Under the pieces are notes generated by a model. That model had not been told where the DNA came from and ran no database searches. It worked only from the letters and a program-made list of their open reading frames with translations. A stretch of DNA of 51,115 nucleotides from a virus (taxonomy: Duplodnaviria; Caudoviricetes), in IMG/VR virus record IMGVR_UViG_3300031472_000142, positions 1 to 51,115 of that record, one strand, 5' to 3'. Every line of letters starts with the position of its first letter. Within the stretch, counting starts at the first letter, position 1. Made by a program: the position numbers and the translations under genes. Shown piece after piece: positions 43,966 through 51,115 of this stretch.

Positions 43966-44232
43966 TCAGATGGTGATGAACGTGGGCGTGGGCGCCGAGC
44001 GGCAGCGCCGGCGGAGGCCGGCGTCACACTGGAGCGCGCCACGGAAGACGTAGACAGCGAGGTGACAGGCACGACAGCGCGCCACCTGGCTGCCGGCGAG
44101 TCCGGGCCCGGGCGTCGTCATGTCGTGCTCGAGCGCGGTGGCCCGCGCGACGAGGGCCGCCAGGCGGCCCTCGTCGCGCGGGTCGCGCGCCGGGTCCACG
44201 GCCGCGTCGGTCGGCGTCAGATGCGGCGTCAT
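43966..44232 (-). CDS. Hypothetical protein
   Basis: ATGA overlap; H...CxxC...C. Confidence 0.55.
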   Translation of the reverse strand: MTPHLTPTDAAVDPARDPRDEGRLAALVARATALEHDMTTPGPGLAGSQVARCRACHLAVYVFRGALQCDAGLRRRCRSAPTPTFITI

Positions 44233-44765
44233 CGGCGTGGCCGCCAGGACGTGGGCGAGAGAACAGGTGGCGCGGTGGGCGGAGCGCCGCTGTCGAGCAG
44301 GTCGTCCTCGTCAAGGCTTTGAGCGTCCGCGCCCAGGCCGTCCTCGTCGCTGTCGTCGGATCCAGGGTCGGGCAGACGCTGTTGCACGCCCACCGTGGCC
44401 GCCAGGCGCTTCTCCAGGAGCGCCGCGACGCTGTCCACGAGCGCGCCAATCGCATCGCTGCCGTCCTCTATGGACACGGGACCCACCCACACCAGCGCCA
44501 CGCGGATCGCGGCGTCGGGCTCCCGATGCGCGAGGCTGAACGTGCGCTCGACTTTCACCTTGACCTGCAGTGGGGTCTCGTAGCTATGTTTACCGGTGAG
44601 CAGCCGGCAGAACCGGGCCACGAGCGCGCCGACAAAGGTCATGACCTCGTCGGTCGTCACGTCGGCCAGCCACGTGACGCGGACCTGGAGGCGCGCGTCG
44701 GGCGCGAGGTCCAGGAGATCGTAGGACTGGTCGATCTGAGCTTTCGCGGGCTTACGGACGGCCAT
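44229..44765 (-). CDS. Hypothetical protein
   Basis: AAGGAGGT RBS before ATG 44765. Confidence 0.7.
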   Translation of the reverse strand: MAVRKPAKAQIDQSYDLLDLAPDARLQVRVTWLADVTTDEVMTFVGALVARFCRLLTGKHSYETPLQVKVKVERTFSLAHREPDAAIRVALVWVGPVSIEDGSDAIGALVDSVAALLEKRLAATVGVQQRLPDPGSDDSDEDGLGADAQSLDEDDLLDSGAPPTAPPVLSPTSWRPRR

Positions 44766-45876
44766 GGGATACCTCCTTGTTGTCGCGCGTGCCGGCGGTC
44801 GTGTCGCCGGCGACATGTGAGGCGCGCCACCCGATGGCGCTGGGACTGTCGGGGTACTGCTCCAGGGACGATGGATGCGCCGCGAGCCACGCGGCTTCCG
44901 GATCTGGCTCGTACGCAAGCCCGTCGCGCGCGGCTTTGAGCCATAGCGCGTCCGGGAACGGCTGCGCGTCACACCCGTCATCGCACGGATAGGTGCGGCA
45001 CGCCGGGCACACGATCATGCGCTCGTCCCGATAGTAAAATGCGTGGACCGCCGCGCTCGGCGCCGCGGCCACCCGTCCCGTGCGGAGACGACGATCGTCG
45101 CCGTCCATGATGACGACGGACCCATGGGCGGCATCGCGCAGACGCGACGCGAAGCGCGGCGAGCGCGCGGCGAGTTCCGCCAACGTCAGGTTGCTGGTAA
45201 CAACCGTGGGGAGATAGGCTTCGTACCGTGCATTGATAAGGCTGTCAATCTCCGTGTCAGCCCATGGCGTCGCCAAGTGCGCGCCCAGGTCGTCGATAAC
45301 CAGCAGGGACGCGGTGGCCAGGCGTCCCGTCACCGTCGCCGTGTTACCCGGCTCCTCCGCGGCCACGCCAAACGTTGCCTTCAAGCGCGCCAGGAGGTCG
45401 TGCGCGGTCAGAAAAAGGGGCAGTCCCCGCTGCTCCGTGTACGCCCACAGAATGCCCGCCGCGAGATGCGTCTTTCCCGTGCCGGTTGGGCCGAGAAACG
45501 TCAGCAGCCCGGACGGTCGCGCGGCGAACATGATGGCCCGACGGTAGCCAGTGAGGTGCGCCGTCCCGTCGAAGGTCTCCAGACGCCGTCCACGCAGCGC
45601 ACCCACGCCCGGCTGGGTCAGCACGCGGTCAATGCGGCGCGGAGCCGTCACATGAGCGCACGCATGGCAGGGCACGGCGCGGCCGAAACGCGGATCGTCA
45701 AGGGAGACATCGAGCGTCACGTAGCGCAAACCCAGACAGCGCGCACAGTCGGCCGTGGCGTGAACCGTCTCGGGAGCGCCGTCGACACGCGGCCGTTGCG
45801 ACACTCTCCACCGCGCCAGGTCCTCGCTCAGCACCGCGCCAATTGGACGCGGATCGGATGGTGGCAATTTGTTCAT
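44752..45876 (-). CDS. DnaC/IstB-like helicase-loader ATPase
   Basis: CxxC..CxxC, GPTGTGKTHLA, LLVIDDLG, TVVTSN. Confidence 0.92.
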   Translation of the reverse strand: MNKLPPSDPRPIGAVLSEDLARWRVSQRPRVDGAPETVHATADCARCLGLRYVTLDVSLDDPRFGRAVPCHACAHVTAPRRIDRVLTQPGVGALRGRRLETFDGTAHLTGYRRAIMFAARPSGLLTFLGPTGTGKTHLAAGILWAYTEQRGLPLFLTAHDLLARLKATFGVAAEEPGNTATVTGRLATASLLVIDDLGAHLATPWADTEIDSLINARYEAYLPTVVTSNLTLAELAARSPRFASRLRDAAHGSVVIMDGDDRRLRTGRVAAAPSAAVHAFYYRDERMIVCPACRTYPCDDGCDAQPFPDALWLKAARDGLAYEPDPEAAWLAAHPSSLEQYPDSPSAIGWRASHVAGDTTAGTRDNKEVSHGRP

Positions 45877-46958
45877 GCGACGGTCCCCTCACCGCCGGCG
45901 CATCCCGGATCATGCAGCGAGCCGGATATTTTGAGGCACTGCCGGCAATATCCCGCGACAGCCGTCGCCCGTAATTGCTCCATCGTCAGGGGGATCGGTC
46001 GGGATGATGAGTGTGGAGCGCCACCATCGCTGAGTGAGCGCCTGTTCGCGGTCGCAGACGACCCCTGACGCTCAGCAGGTTTCGACGCGGGATAGCCCCG
46101 GAGTTGCCACCGCACCCACGTGTCCGGCAGCGCGCAGTCGGCCAGGTACGGTTTGTCGGACCAGTACGCGAGGCCGTAGCCGCTCAGCTCGTAGGCTTGA
46201 CAGCGCAGCCACTCGTCAGTCGTGCGGCCGCGGCGCGCCAGCAGCCGGTTCGTGGCCGCACGCTCCAGGTCGGACAGACCCCGCCCTAAGCGTCGTTCAG
46301 CGTCCTCAATGAGACGATCAACCTCCAGTGACACGGTGGAGGAGGCGATAGCGGGCGCGCTCGCGCCCGCTATCGCGCCCGCGCCGCCTCCACCGTTAGC
46401 TATGGTCGTAGATACCGTTTCCTCCTGTATAAGGTCTGGAGGGGGAGAACTGCACACTTTTGCAGTGGGATTTTGGGGAGAGCTGCACACTTTTGCAGTG
46501 GGGCGGGGGACAAAAAAAGAGGCGGGCAGGGTGCGCGACGCGGCGACGATCCGCGTTTTAGCGCGCTCAATGAGGCCGCCGAGGACGCGCTTGATGTACT
46601 CCATCCGCCCGAACCAGAAGCGCGTGCGCCGGCCGCCCTGCGCCAAGCCCACGCGCTCACGGACGATGACGCCCGCGGACGCGAGGCGCGCCAGATGATA
46701 ATAGACGGTGCGCTCGGCAAGGCCCGCCTCGCGGGCGAGTTGTGCTACTCCATCCTCGTCGGACGACCCGAGGATGACACAGCCGTCCCAGTCGGCATGT
46801 GACCAGAGCACCCCCAGCGTCCCCATGCATGACCGGAGGCGCTGCATGATCCCCTCCCGAAGGAGAGCAGTGTTGTAGTCGTGCGTGCGGAACGTGCCGT
46901 TCCAACTGAGGGCATTGATCTCGGTGACTGATGGCGCGGAAATGGTTGTGGCCGTCAT
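45873..46958 (-). CDS. Replication initiator (wHTH; lambda O-like organisation)
   Basis: QLAREAGLAERTVYYHLARLASAGVI HTH, internal direct repeats, upstream of the DnaC-like gene. Confidence 0.75.
   Translation of the reverse strand: MTATTISAPSVTEINALSWNGTFRTHDYNTALLREGIMQRLRSCMGTLGVLWSHADWDGCVILGSSDEDGVAQLAREAGLAERTVYYHLARLASAGVIVRERVGLAQGGRRTRFWFGRMEYIKRVLGGLIERAKTRIVAASRTLPASFFVPRPTAKVCSSPQNPTAKVCSSPPPDLIQEETVSTTIANGGGGAGAIAGASAPAIASSTVSLEVDRLIEDAERRLGRGLSDLERAATNRLLARRGRTTDEWLRCQAYELSGYGLAYWSDKPYLADCALPDTWVRWQLRGYPASKPAERQGSSATANRRSLSDGGAPHSSSRPIPLTMEQLRATAVAGYCRQCLKISGSLHDPGCAGGEGTVA
46442..46502. repeat. Two iteron-like 28-bp direct repeats (putative phage ori)
   Basis: ggggaga(a/g)ctgcacacttttgcagtggg at 46442 and 46475 (33-bp period), each containing CTGCA..TGCAG. 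Confidence 0.75.
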
Positions 46959-47029
46959 CGCGCGATCACCCAACGTGATAGCGCATAGGTGTCTTGTGTC
47001 TGGTGACTGCAAACGTGTAGACTATACAC
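46955..47029 (-). CDS. 24-aa leader peptide coupled to the rep gene
   Basis: GAAAGGA 8 nt before GTG; MYSLHVCSHQTQDTYALSRWVIAR; its stop overlaps the rep ATG (ATGA). Confidence 0.5.
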   Translation of the reverse strand: MYSLHVCSHQTQDTYALSRWVIAR

Positions 47030-47046
47030 AGCAGGAGTCCTTTCTC

Positions 47047-47083
47047 GCCCCGGACCGAGTGATGCACGATCCGGGGCATTTTT
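47047..47083 (+). terminator. Hairpin with T tract oriented antisense to the replication operon
   Basis: gccccgga/tccggggc stem followed by attttt. Confidence 0.55.
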
Positions 47084-47123
47084 ATGCGGGTGATGGGCGC
47101 CCGACAGGAGGCGTCCGGTAAAG

Positions 47124-47351
47124 TTACGGGAAGAGCGGCGGTAGCGGCGGCCAGCCGATGAGCCACATCAGGCCCGCGCACAGGCCGACGCTCGCGATGA
47201 TGACGGTGAGCTCGAGTAGCGCCACGAGCGCCAGGTGGACGACAGCAGCGCGGCGCGGGGGGTAGACGCCCGGCGTTGGCGGTCGAGCCACGACGCGCGG
47301 GCGTCCACGCCTCTCACGAGAACGTGACATGGGCTGAGGCGACGGTGTCAT
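47124..47351 (-). CDS. Small membrane protein
   Basis: Long hydrophobic C-terminal segment; ATGA overlap. Confidence 0.6.
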   Translation of the reverse strand: MTPSPQPMSRSRERRGRPRVVARPPTPGVYPPRRAAVVHLALVALLELTVIIASVGLCAGLMWLIGWPPLPPLFP

Positions 47352-48769
47352 CGCGCCACCGTCCGCGTGTCACGCTCGGCCTGGTAGCCGTAGGCGGTCG
47401 CCGGCAGCCGCGCTAGCACGTGAGCCGGATCGTTGACGTTAAGCCGCCTCTGCGCATATCCCAGCAACGCCCGGTACTGCCGGTCGGTGATGAGGCTCTC
47501 CTGCCGTGCCTGGCTGGCATCGTTCCAGCACGCCGCGACGTCGCCGGCGCCCGTCGGCGGCCGCATGCAGCGCTCGAGCTGCAGAAACACGTCGATGTCG
47601 GCCTGCGTCGCGTCGTGGCAGGCGATGCGATGCCACGCCTCGCGCGCCTTGATCAGCGCCTGCGCCGTGGCGTTGCCGCCCTGCGCCATGGCCCGCCCCT
47701 CGGCCTCCAGCACTTTGCGTAGAGTGTCGGCGAGCGCGGGGTCCTGGACATTAGACGTGGCTGCCGCCGGCGGGGAGGTTTTTTCCTCCCCGCCGGCCGG
47801 CTCAAAAGGGATGTCGCCCTCGACCGCTTGCAGCTGGTTGATCAGCCACTCCTTCCACGTCGCGAGCGCACTGAGATCGGATGGCCGCTCACCCCTGCCG
47901 AAATCGGCGCCGAGTTTCTGTTGGGCCGCGGCGTCAGCGGGGGCTGTGTAGTTTGCTTTCACGGCCGCGTCCGCGATCCGGTCGTTCAGCTCGGCGTGGC
48001 GCGCCTTCCAGTCAACGGCTGGCGTGGGGGGTGATGGGGCGGCTGATGGGGCGACGCTTCCCTCGACGATTTCCCCTGTCGTCACGTCCACGGCGCGTGG
48101 CGCCGGTACGGGCGACGAGGAAGGGGCGGCATCCAGGTGAGGCGCGTCGCCTGCGGATATGTCATCGTCCGCTGTTTCGTCAAGCACAAGTTCACCGTCG
48201 GCTGTCACGGCCACGCGGCTTGGGGCCAGTTCCTCCGACGTATACATGCCTAGAATGGAATCCTGGAAGGCGGTGTGTGCCGCCGCGGCAATGGCGCGTG
48301 AGCGCAGCATGGCGCGCGGATACTTGTCCCAGTTGAGGTTGCGCCTGTCGCCGCTCAGCAGGCCGGCGCGCGTCGCGTCTTCCATGCTAAACGTCAGGCG
48401 GCCGGGAGACTCCCAGCCGCGGCGTCGGTACTCAACCGTGCACTGTGTGTTGCTGGTTTCCAGCACCTTCAGCGCCTGATTACCGTGGTCACGGTAAATG
48501 AGAGCGGCCAGCATCTCGGCCGATGCCGTGGGCTTGCCGCCGATGAAGTGGAAGCTCCGTAGGGCGGCTGAAGGCGGCACACCCAGCTCGCGGCCGGTTT
48601 GGACGACCGCGATCACCTTGGCGACGCTGTCGAGGTGCTTATAGACACCGGAGGCTTCGAACATTTGCGACATGCGCTGGATGATGGTCCATTCGGACTC
48701 GGTGGGCAGGTCCGCGCGTGGCTGCGACAGCGCCAGCGAGGTCGATGCGGATTGGAGATCGGACGTCAT
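47348..48769 (-). CDS. RecT/Redbeta-like single-strand annealing protein with long C-terminal extension
   Basis: GRELGVPP..AL...GKP, FSMEDA.RAGL, WDKYPRAML..RA, GMYTSEEL. Confidence 0.8.
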   Translation of the reverse strand: MTSDLQSASTSLALSQPRADLPTESEWTIIQRMSQMFEASGVYKHLDSVAKVIAVVQTGRELGVPPSAALRSFHFIGGKPTASAEMLAALIYRDHGNQALKVLETSNTQCTVEYRRRGWESPGRLTFSMEDATRAGLLSGDRRNLNWDKYPRAMLRSRAIAAAAHTAFQDSILGMYTSEELAPSRVAVTADGELVLDETADDDISAGDAPHLDAAPSSSPVPAPRAVDVTTGEIVEGSVAPSAAPSPPTPAVDWKARHAELNDRIADAAVKANYTAPADAAAQQKLGADFGRGERPSDLSALATWKEWLINQLQAVEGDIPFEPAGGEEKTSPPAAATSNVQDPALADTLRKVLEAEGRAMAQGGNATAQALIKAREAWHRIACHDATQADIDVFLQLERCMRPPTGAGDVAACWNDASQARQESLITDRQYRALLGYAQRRLNVNDPAHVLARLPATAYGYQAERDTRTVAR

Positions 48770-48771
48770 GG

Positions 48772-49899
48772 CTACATTTCCTCTATCGGTAAGCAACGCC
48801 ACCGGCGGCCGTGCCGTATGCCGTAAATTGTCTGGATCGATACGCCGAATTGCGCGCTCAACTGTCTGACCGTTGTCCCGACGGCGCACGCCGCTCTTAT
48901 CGCCACCACATCGATTGCACGGAGCTTTGCTGATGGATGGCGTTCACCTGGTTGTGAGCGTCCTGGTGACGATGCGATATGACGACCACGTGTGCCATGG
49001 CCACGTGCATTGCGGCGAAGAGCCATGTCAGAAGCTGTACTGAGGAACAGATGGTCTGGCCGCACACATCCGAGGTTGCCGCAGTGCTGGCCGACCTTTA
49101 ATCCATCGAGCACAGGCCCGTAGGTCAACGCGTATGAGACGCGATGAACCTGGCCGTGACGATCCCCGACCCGGGTTTGACCATACCCTGACGCGCTTCG
49201 GCGACCACGCCATTCCCAGCACTCACCGTCTTTATCGACGTAGGACCAAAAACGGTCGGCGAATGCCGGGCGCGCCATCATGTCGGCAGAGGTAGGACGA
49301 ATAAGTGGCCGTTTCGCACGCGTCGCATTTGCCTCGCGGCGACGCTCTCCGTCCCGCGCCTGAAAGCGCCAGGCAGGCGGCATCACGACAGCCTTCCAGG
49401 TATGACCGGTGAGGATGAAGCGTATGTTGCTCACGGTGACGCCGTACGCATCTGCTAGCATCTGGCAACTTTCGCCAGCAGCATGACGGAAGCGAATCGT
49501 GCGCACCGCATCGGCCGTCAGCTTGACGTGGTAAGACCGTTCGCTTGTGGGGCCAGTTGGCCGGAGACGACCTTTTATCACCGCGTCAAGAGTATTATCC
49601 CTGGGCGTCCCCACGAAGAGGTGATCCGGACGCACGCACACCATGTTGTCGCAGTGGTGGCAGACGTAGAGACCTTCCCCAATAGAACCATGTGCGAGGA
49701 GGTATGAGAACCGATGGGCCTGCACCAATTCTCCCCGACGGACCGCAAAGCGTCCGTACCTCAGGCCAACGGAAGCAGTCCATGTCCAGCACTCGCCCGA
49801 CCTATCCACTTTGGCCCAGAATCGTTCCCGCAACGCGGGCAAACGGTCCTCAAGACCGACCAGAGAGGTGCGAGTGGTCCTGTTGTTGTTCAGTGCCAT
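48772..49899 (-). CDS. Tandem double HNH endonuclease
   Basis: Two RFW..VD..GECW.W...HR.SY.L...HC.N..CVRPDHLF units, each followed by an HTH. Confidence 0.9.
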   Translation of the reverse strand: MALNNNRTTRTSLVGLEDRLPALRERFWAKVDRSGECWTWTASVGLRYGRFAVRRGELVQAHRFSYLLAHGSIGEGLYVCHHCDNMVCVRPDHLFVGTPRDNTLDAVIKGRLRPTGPTSERSYHVKLTADAVRTIRFRHAAGESCQMLADAYGVTVSNIRFILTGHTWKAVVMPPAWRFQARDGERRREANATRAKRPLIRPTSADMMARPAFADRFWSYVDKDGECWEWRGRRSASGYGQTRVGDRHGQVHRVSYALTYGPVLDGLKVGQHCGNLGCVRPDHLFLSTASDMALRRNARGHGTRGRHIASSPGRSQPGERHPSAKLRAIDVVAIRAACAVGTTVRQLSAQFGVSIQTIYGIRHGRRWRCLPIEEM

Positions 49900-49902
49900 C
49901 GC

Positions 49903-50130
49903 TCAGGCCTCTTCCCAGAATTTTCCGTGTTCGTTACACATCCACCAGCCATACCGTGCGCTTGTCGGCGCCCCGCAGCCGATGACACCACACGGATTCC
50001 CGCGTGGCGCCATACCCTCTGGCTTCAGCCGACAGACGATGGCCGGCCGTTGGGGGCGTTGCGATGACGCGGCGTCCCCGGTTTGAGAATGCTGTGAGGG
50101 CGCCGAGATGGAGACGGCGTGTTGAGTCAT
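49903..50130 (-). CDS. Small Cys/His zinc-finger protein
   Basis: CGVIGC...MCNEH. Confidence 0.6.
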   Translation of the reverse strand: MTQHAVSISAPSQHSQTGDAASSQRPQRPAIVCRLKPEGMAPRGNPCGVIGCGAPTSARYGWWMCNEHGKFWEEA

Positions 50131-50375
50131 GACGCGCCGTCCGACGTGGTGTCCATGGTCGAGCGGCTACTATCCGCCACGGCGACGATCTGCTCACGCA
50201 GAGCCTCCAACAGGCTGGCGATGGTGCGTATGCGTCTGCCACCCGCGGTGAGTTCGTTGAGCTGGGCGTAGCGGTCGAGATCGGCGATGACGCCGCACAG
50301 GTTGGCCTCGGCCGTGCCGAGCAGGTGCGCCTCGATCGGCGCCAGCGGTGCTTTGTGTGGATGGAAGGGCGTCAT
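50127..50375 (-). CDS. Hypothetical protein
   Basis: ATGA overlaps at both ends. Confidence 0.6.
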   Translation of the reverse strand: MTPFHPHKAPLAPIEAHLLGTAEANLCGVIADLDRYAQLNELTAGGRRIRTIASLLEALREQIVAVADSSRSTMDTTSDGAS

Positions 50376-51115
50376 GCCGCGCCTCGTTGGCGTCGCCGGC
50401 TATCGCGGCTGTCGTAGATCACGGTCGCGCCATGACATCCGAGGACACACCGACCATCGGCGTAGAGGATGCCTGTCTCGCCACACGCCGCACAGACACC
50501 GTGCGACCCGCGCTTGCTCGGAGCGGCCACGATGGTCGCGGTCGCGGTCGGCTGCGTGTCCGCGTTGCCGGCGACGGGCACGGCAAGCGCGCCAGGCGCG
50601 GCGGCCTTACCCGCGCAGAGTGGGCAGAGGCCCGAGGGGTGCGCCGTGCGCCGCCCCCGGCACCGCCGGCAGATGATTGCCGCGCCGGCGGTCACGTGGT
50701 CGGACGCCTCTACGTGACGGTGGTGCGCCGTGTGGATGGGGAGCGAAGAGAGGGGCAGGCCAGCGTCCGAGGCCGGGACTGCTGTTGGGATCATCGTCGG
50801 GGTTGGCGTCAGCTGGGCCAGGCCGTGGAGCTGGGGCCGGCCCACGGGCACGCGCGGCGTGACGTGGGCCGGTGGCTCCATTCTGGACTGATGTTTGCAG
50901 CGCTTGGCCGCGGGGCAGGAGCACGACCAGCGGCCCGTCGCGGCGCTGTAGCGCAGGTTGTACACGTTGCCCGGCGTCTTCGGGTTGTCCGAGCGCATCC
51001 GGACATGGTCGGCCGTGACCTCGACGTAGGCGCCGGGGTAGGGGGAGGGCTGAGGGTATGACGACGACAGTAAATCATCTGGTAGACTGTCGCTAGGTAG
51101 TGATACCTGTACCAT
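50372..51115 (-). CDS. SWIM-type zinc-finger protein with extra Cys clusters
   Basis: Y.L....WSCSCP...CKH; CRRC..CPLC; CAAC..CVLGC; ATG lies at the window edge. Confidence 0.7.
   Translation of the reverse strand: MVQVSLPSDSLPDDLLSSSYPQPSPYPGAYVEVTADHVRMRSDNPKTPGNVYNLRYSAATGRWSCSCPAAKRCKHQSRMEPPAHVTPRVPVGRPQLHGLAQLTPTPTMIPTAVPASDAGLPLSSLPIHTAHHRHVEASDHVTAGAAIICRRCRGRRTAHPSGLCPLCAGKAAAPGALAVPVAGNADTQPTATATIVAAPSKRGSHGVCAACGETGILYADGRCVLGCHGATVIYDSRDSRRRQRGAA

Larger units (their letters stand above)
130..51115. mobile_element. Temperate tailed prophage (siphovirus-like); right end not in window
   Basis: Complete packaging, head, tail, lysis and replication modules. Tail tube, frameshifted chaperone and tape measure are present with no sheath gene. 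Interrupted radC at the left edge. Confidence 0.92.

Overview
The window is a nearly complete, GC-rich (roughly 68% by eye) temperate tailed phage with siphovirus-like gene order, apparently a prophage. Bases 1-129 encode the 3' half of a host radC/JAB gene on the minus strand, cut at about nt 130, which marks the probable left attachment junction. No integrase or repressor is visible, so these probably lie beyond the right edge. The plus strand (300-36972) carries two copies of a 52-bp promoter driving small unknown ORFs and an HTH_17 regulator. These are followed by LuxR-HTH, VRR-NUC, a late regulator, terminase, DUF935-type portal, S49 protease/scaffold, decoration protein and major capsid protein. 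Next come neck genes with an inserted GH39 hydrolase and an Ig/FN3 protein, tail tube, a -1 frameshifted chaperone, tape measure, a His-rich tail-tip trio and a lysis module. The minus strand (51115-37077) carries SWIM, two HNH genes, a RecT-like recombinase, a replication initiator with iterons, a DnaC-like ATPase, ParB, a secreted lytic transglycosylase, a Dam-like methylase, a DEDDh exonuclease and a Zn-finger/DnaA-domain-IV protein. The most notable signals are: (i) the DnaA-domain-IV gene ends inside two perfect tandem DnaA boxes; (ii) a very His-rich spike with two His-rich partners; (iii) insertion into radC; (iv) a duplicated promoter with a small-ORF/HTH operon of anti-defence-like layout; (v) a leader peptide and possible antisense RNA ahead of the rep gene. 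All family calls come from motif recognition by eye; no searches were run.
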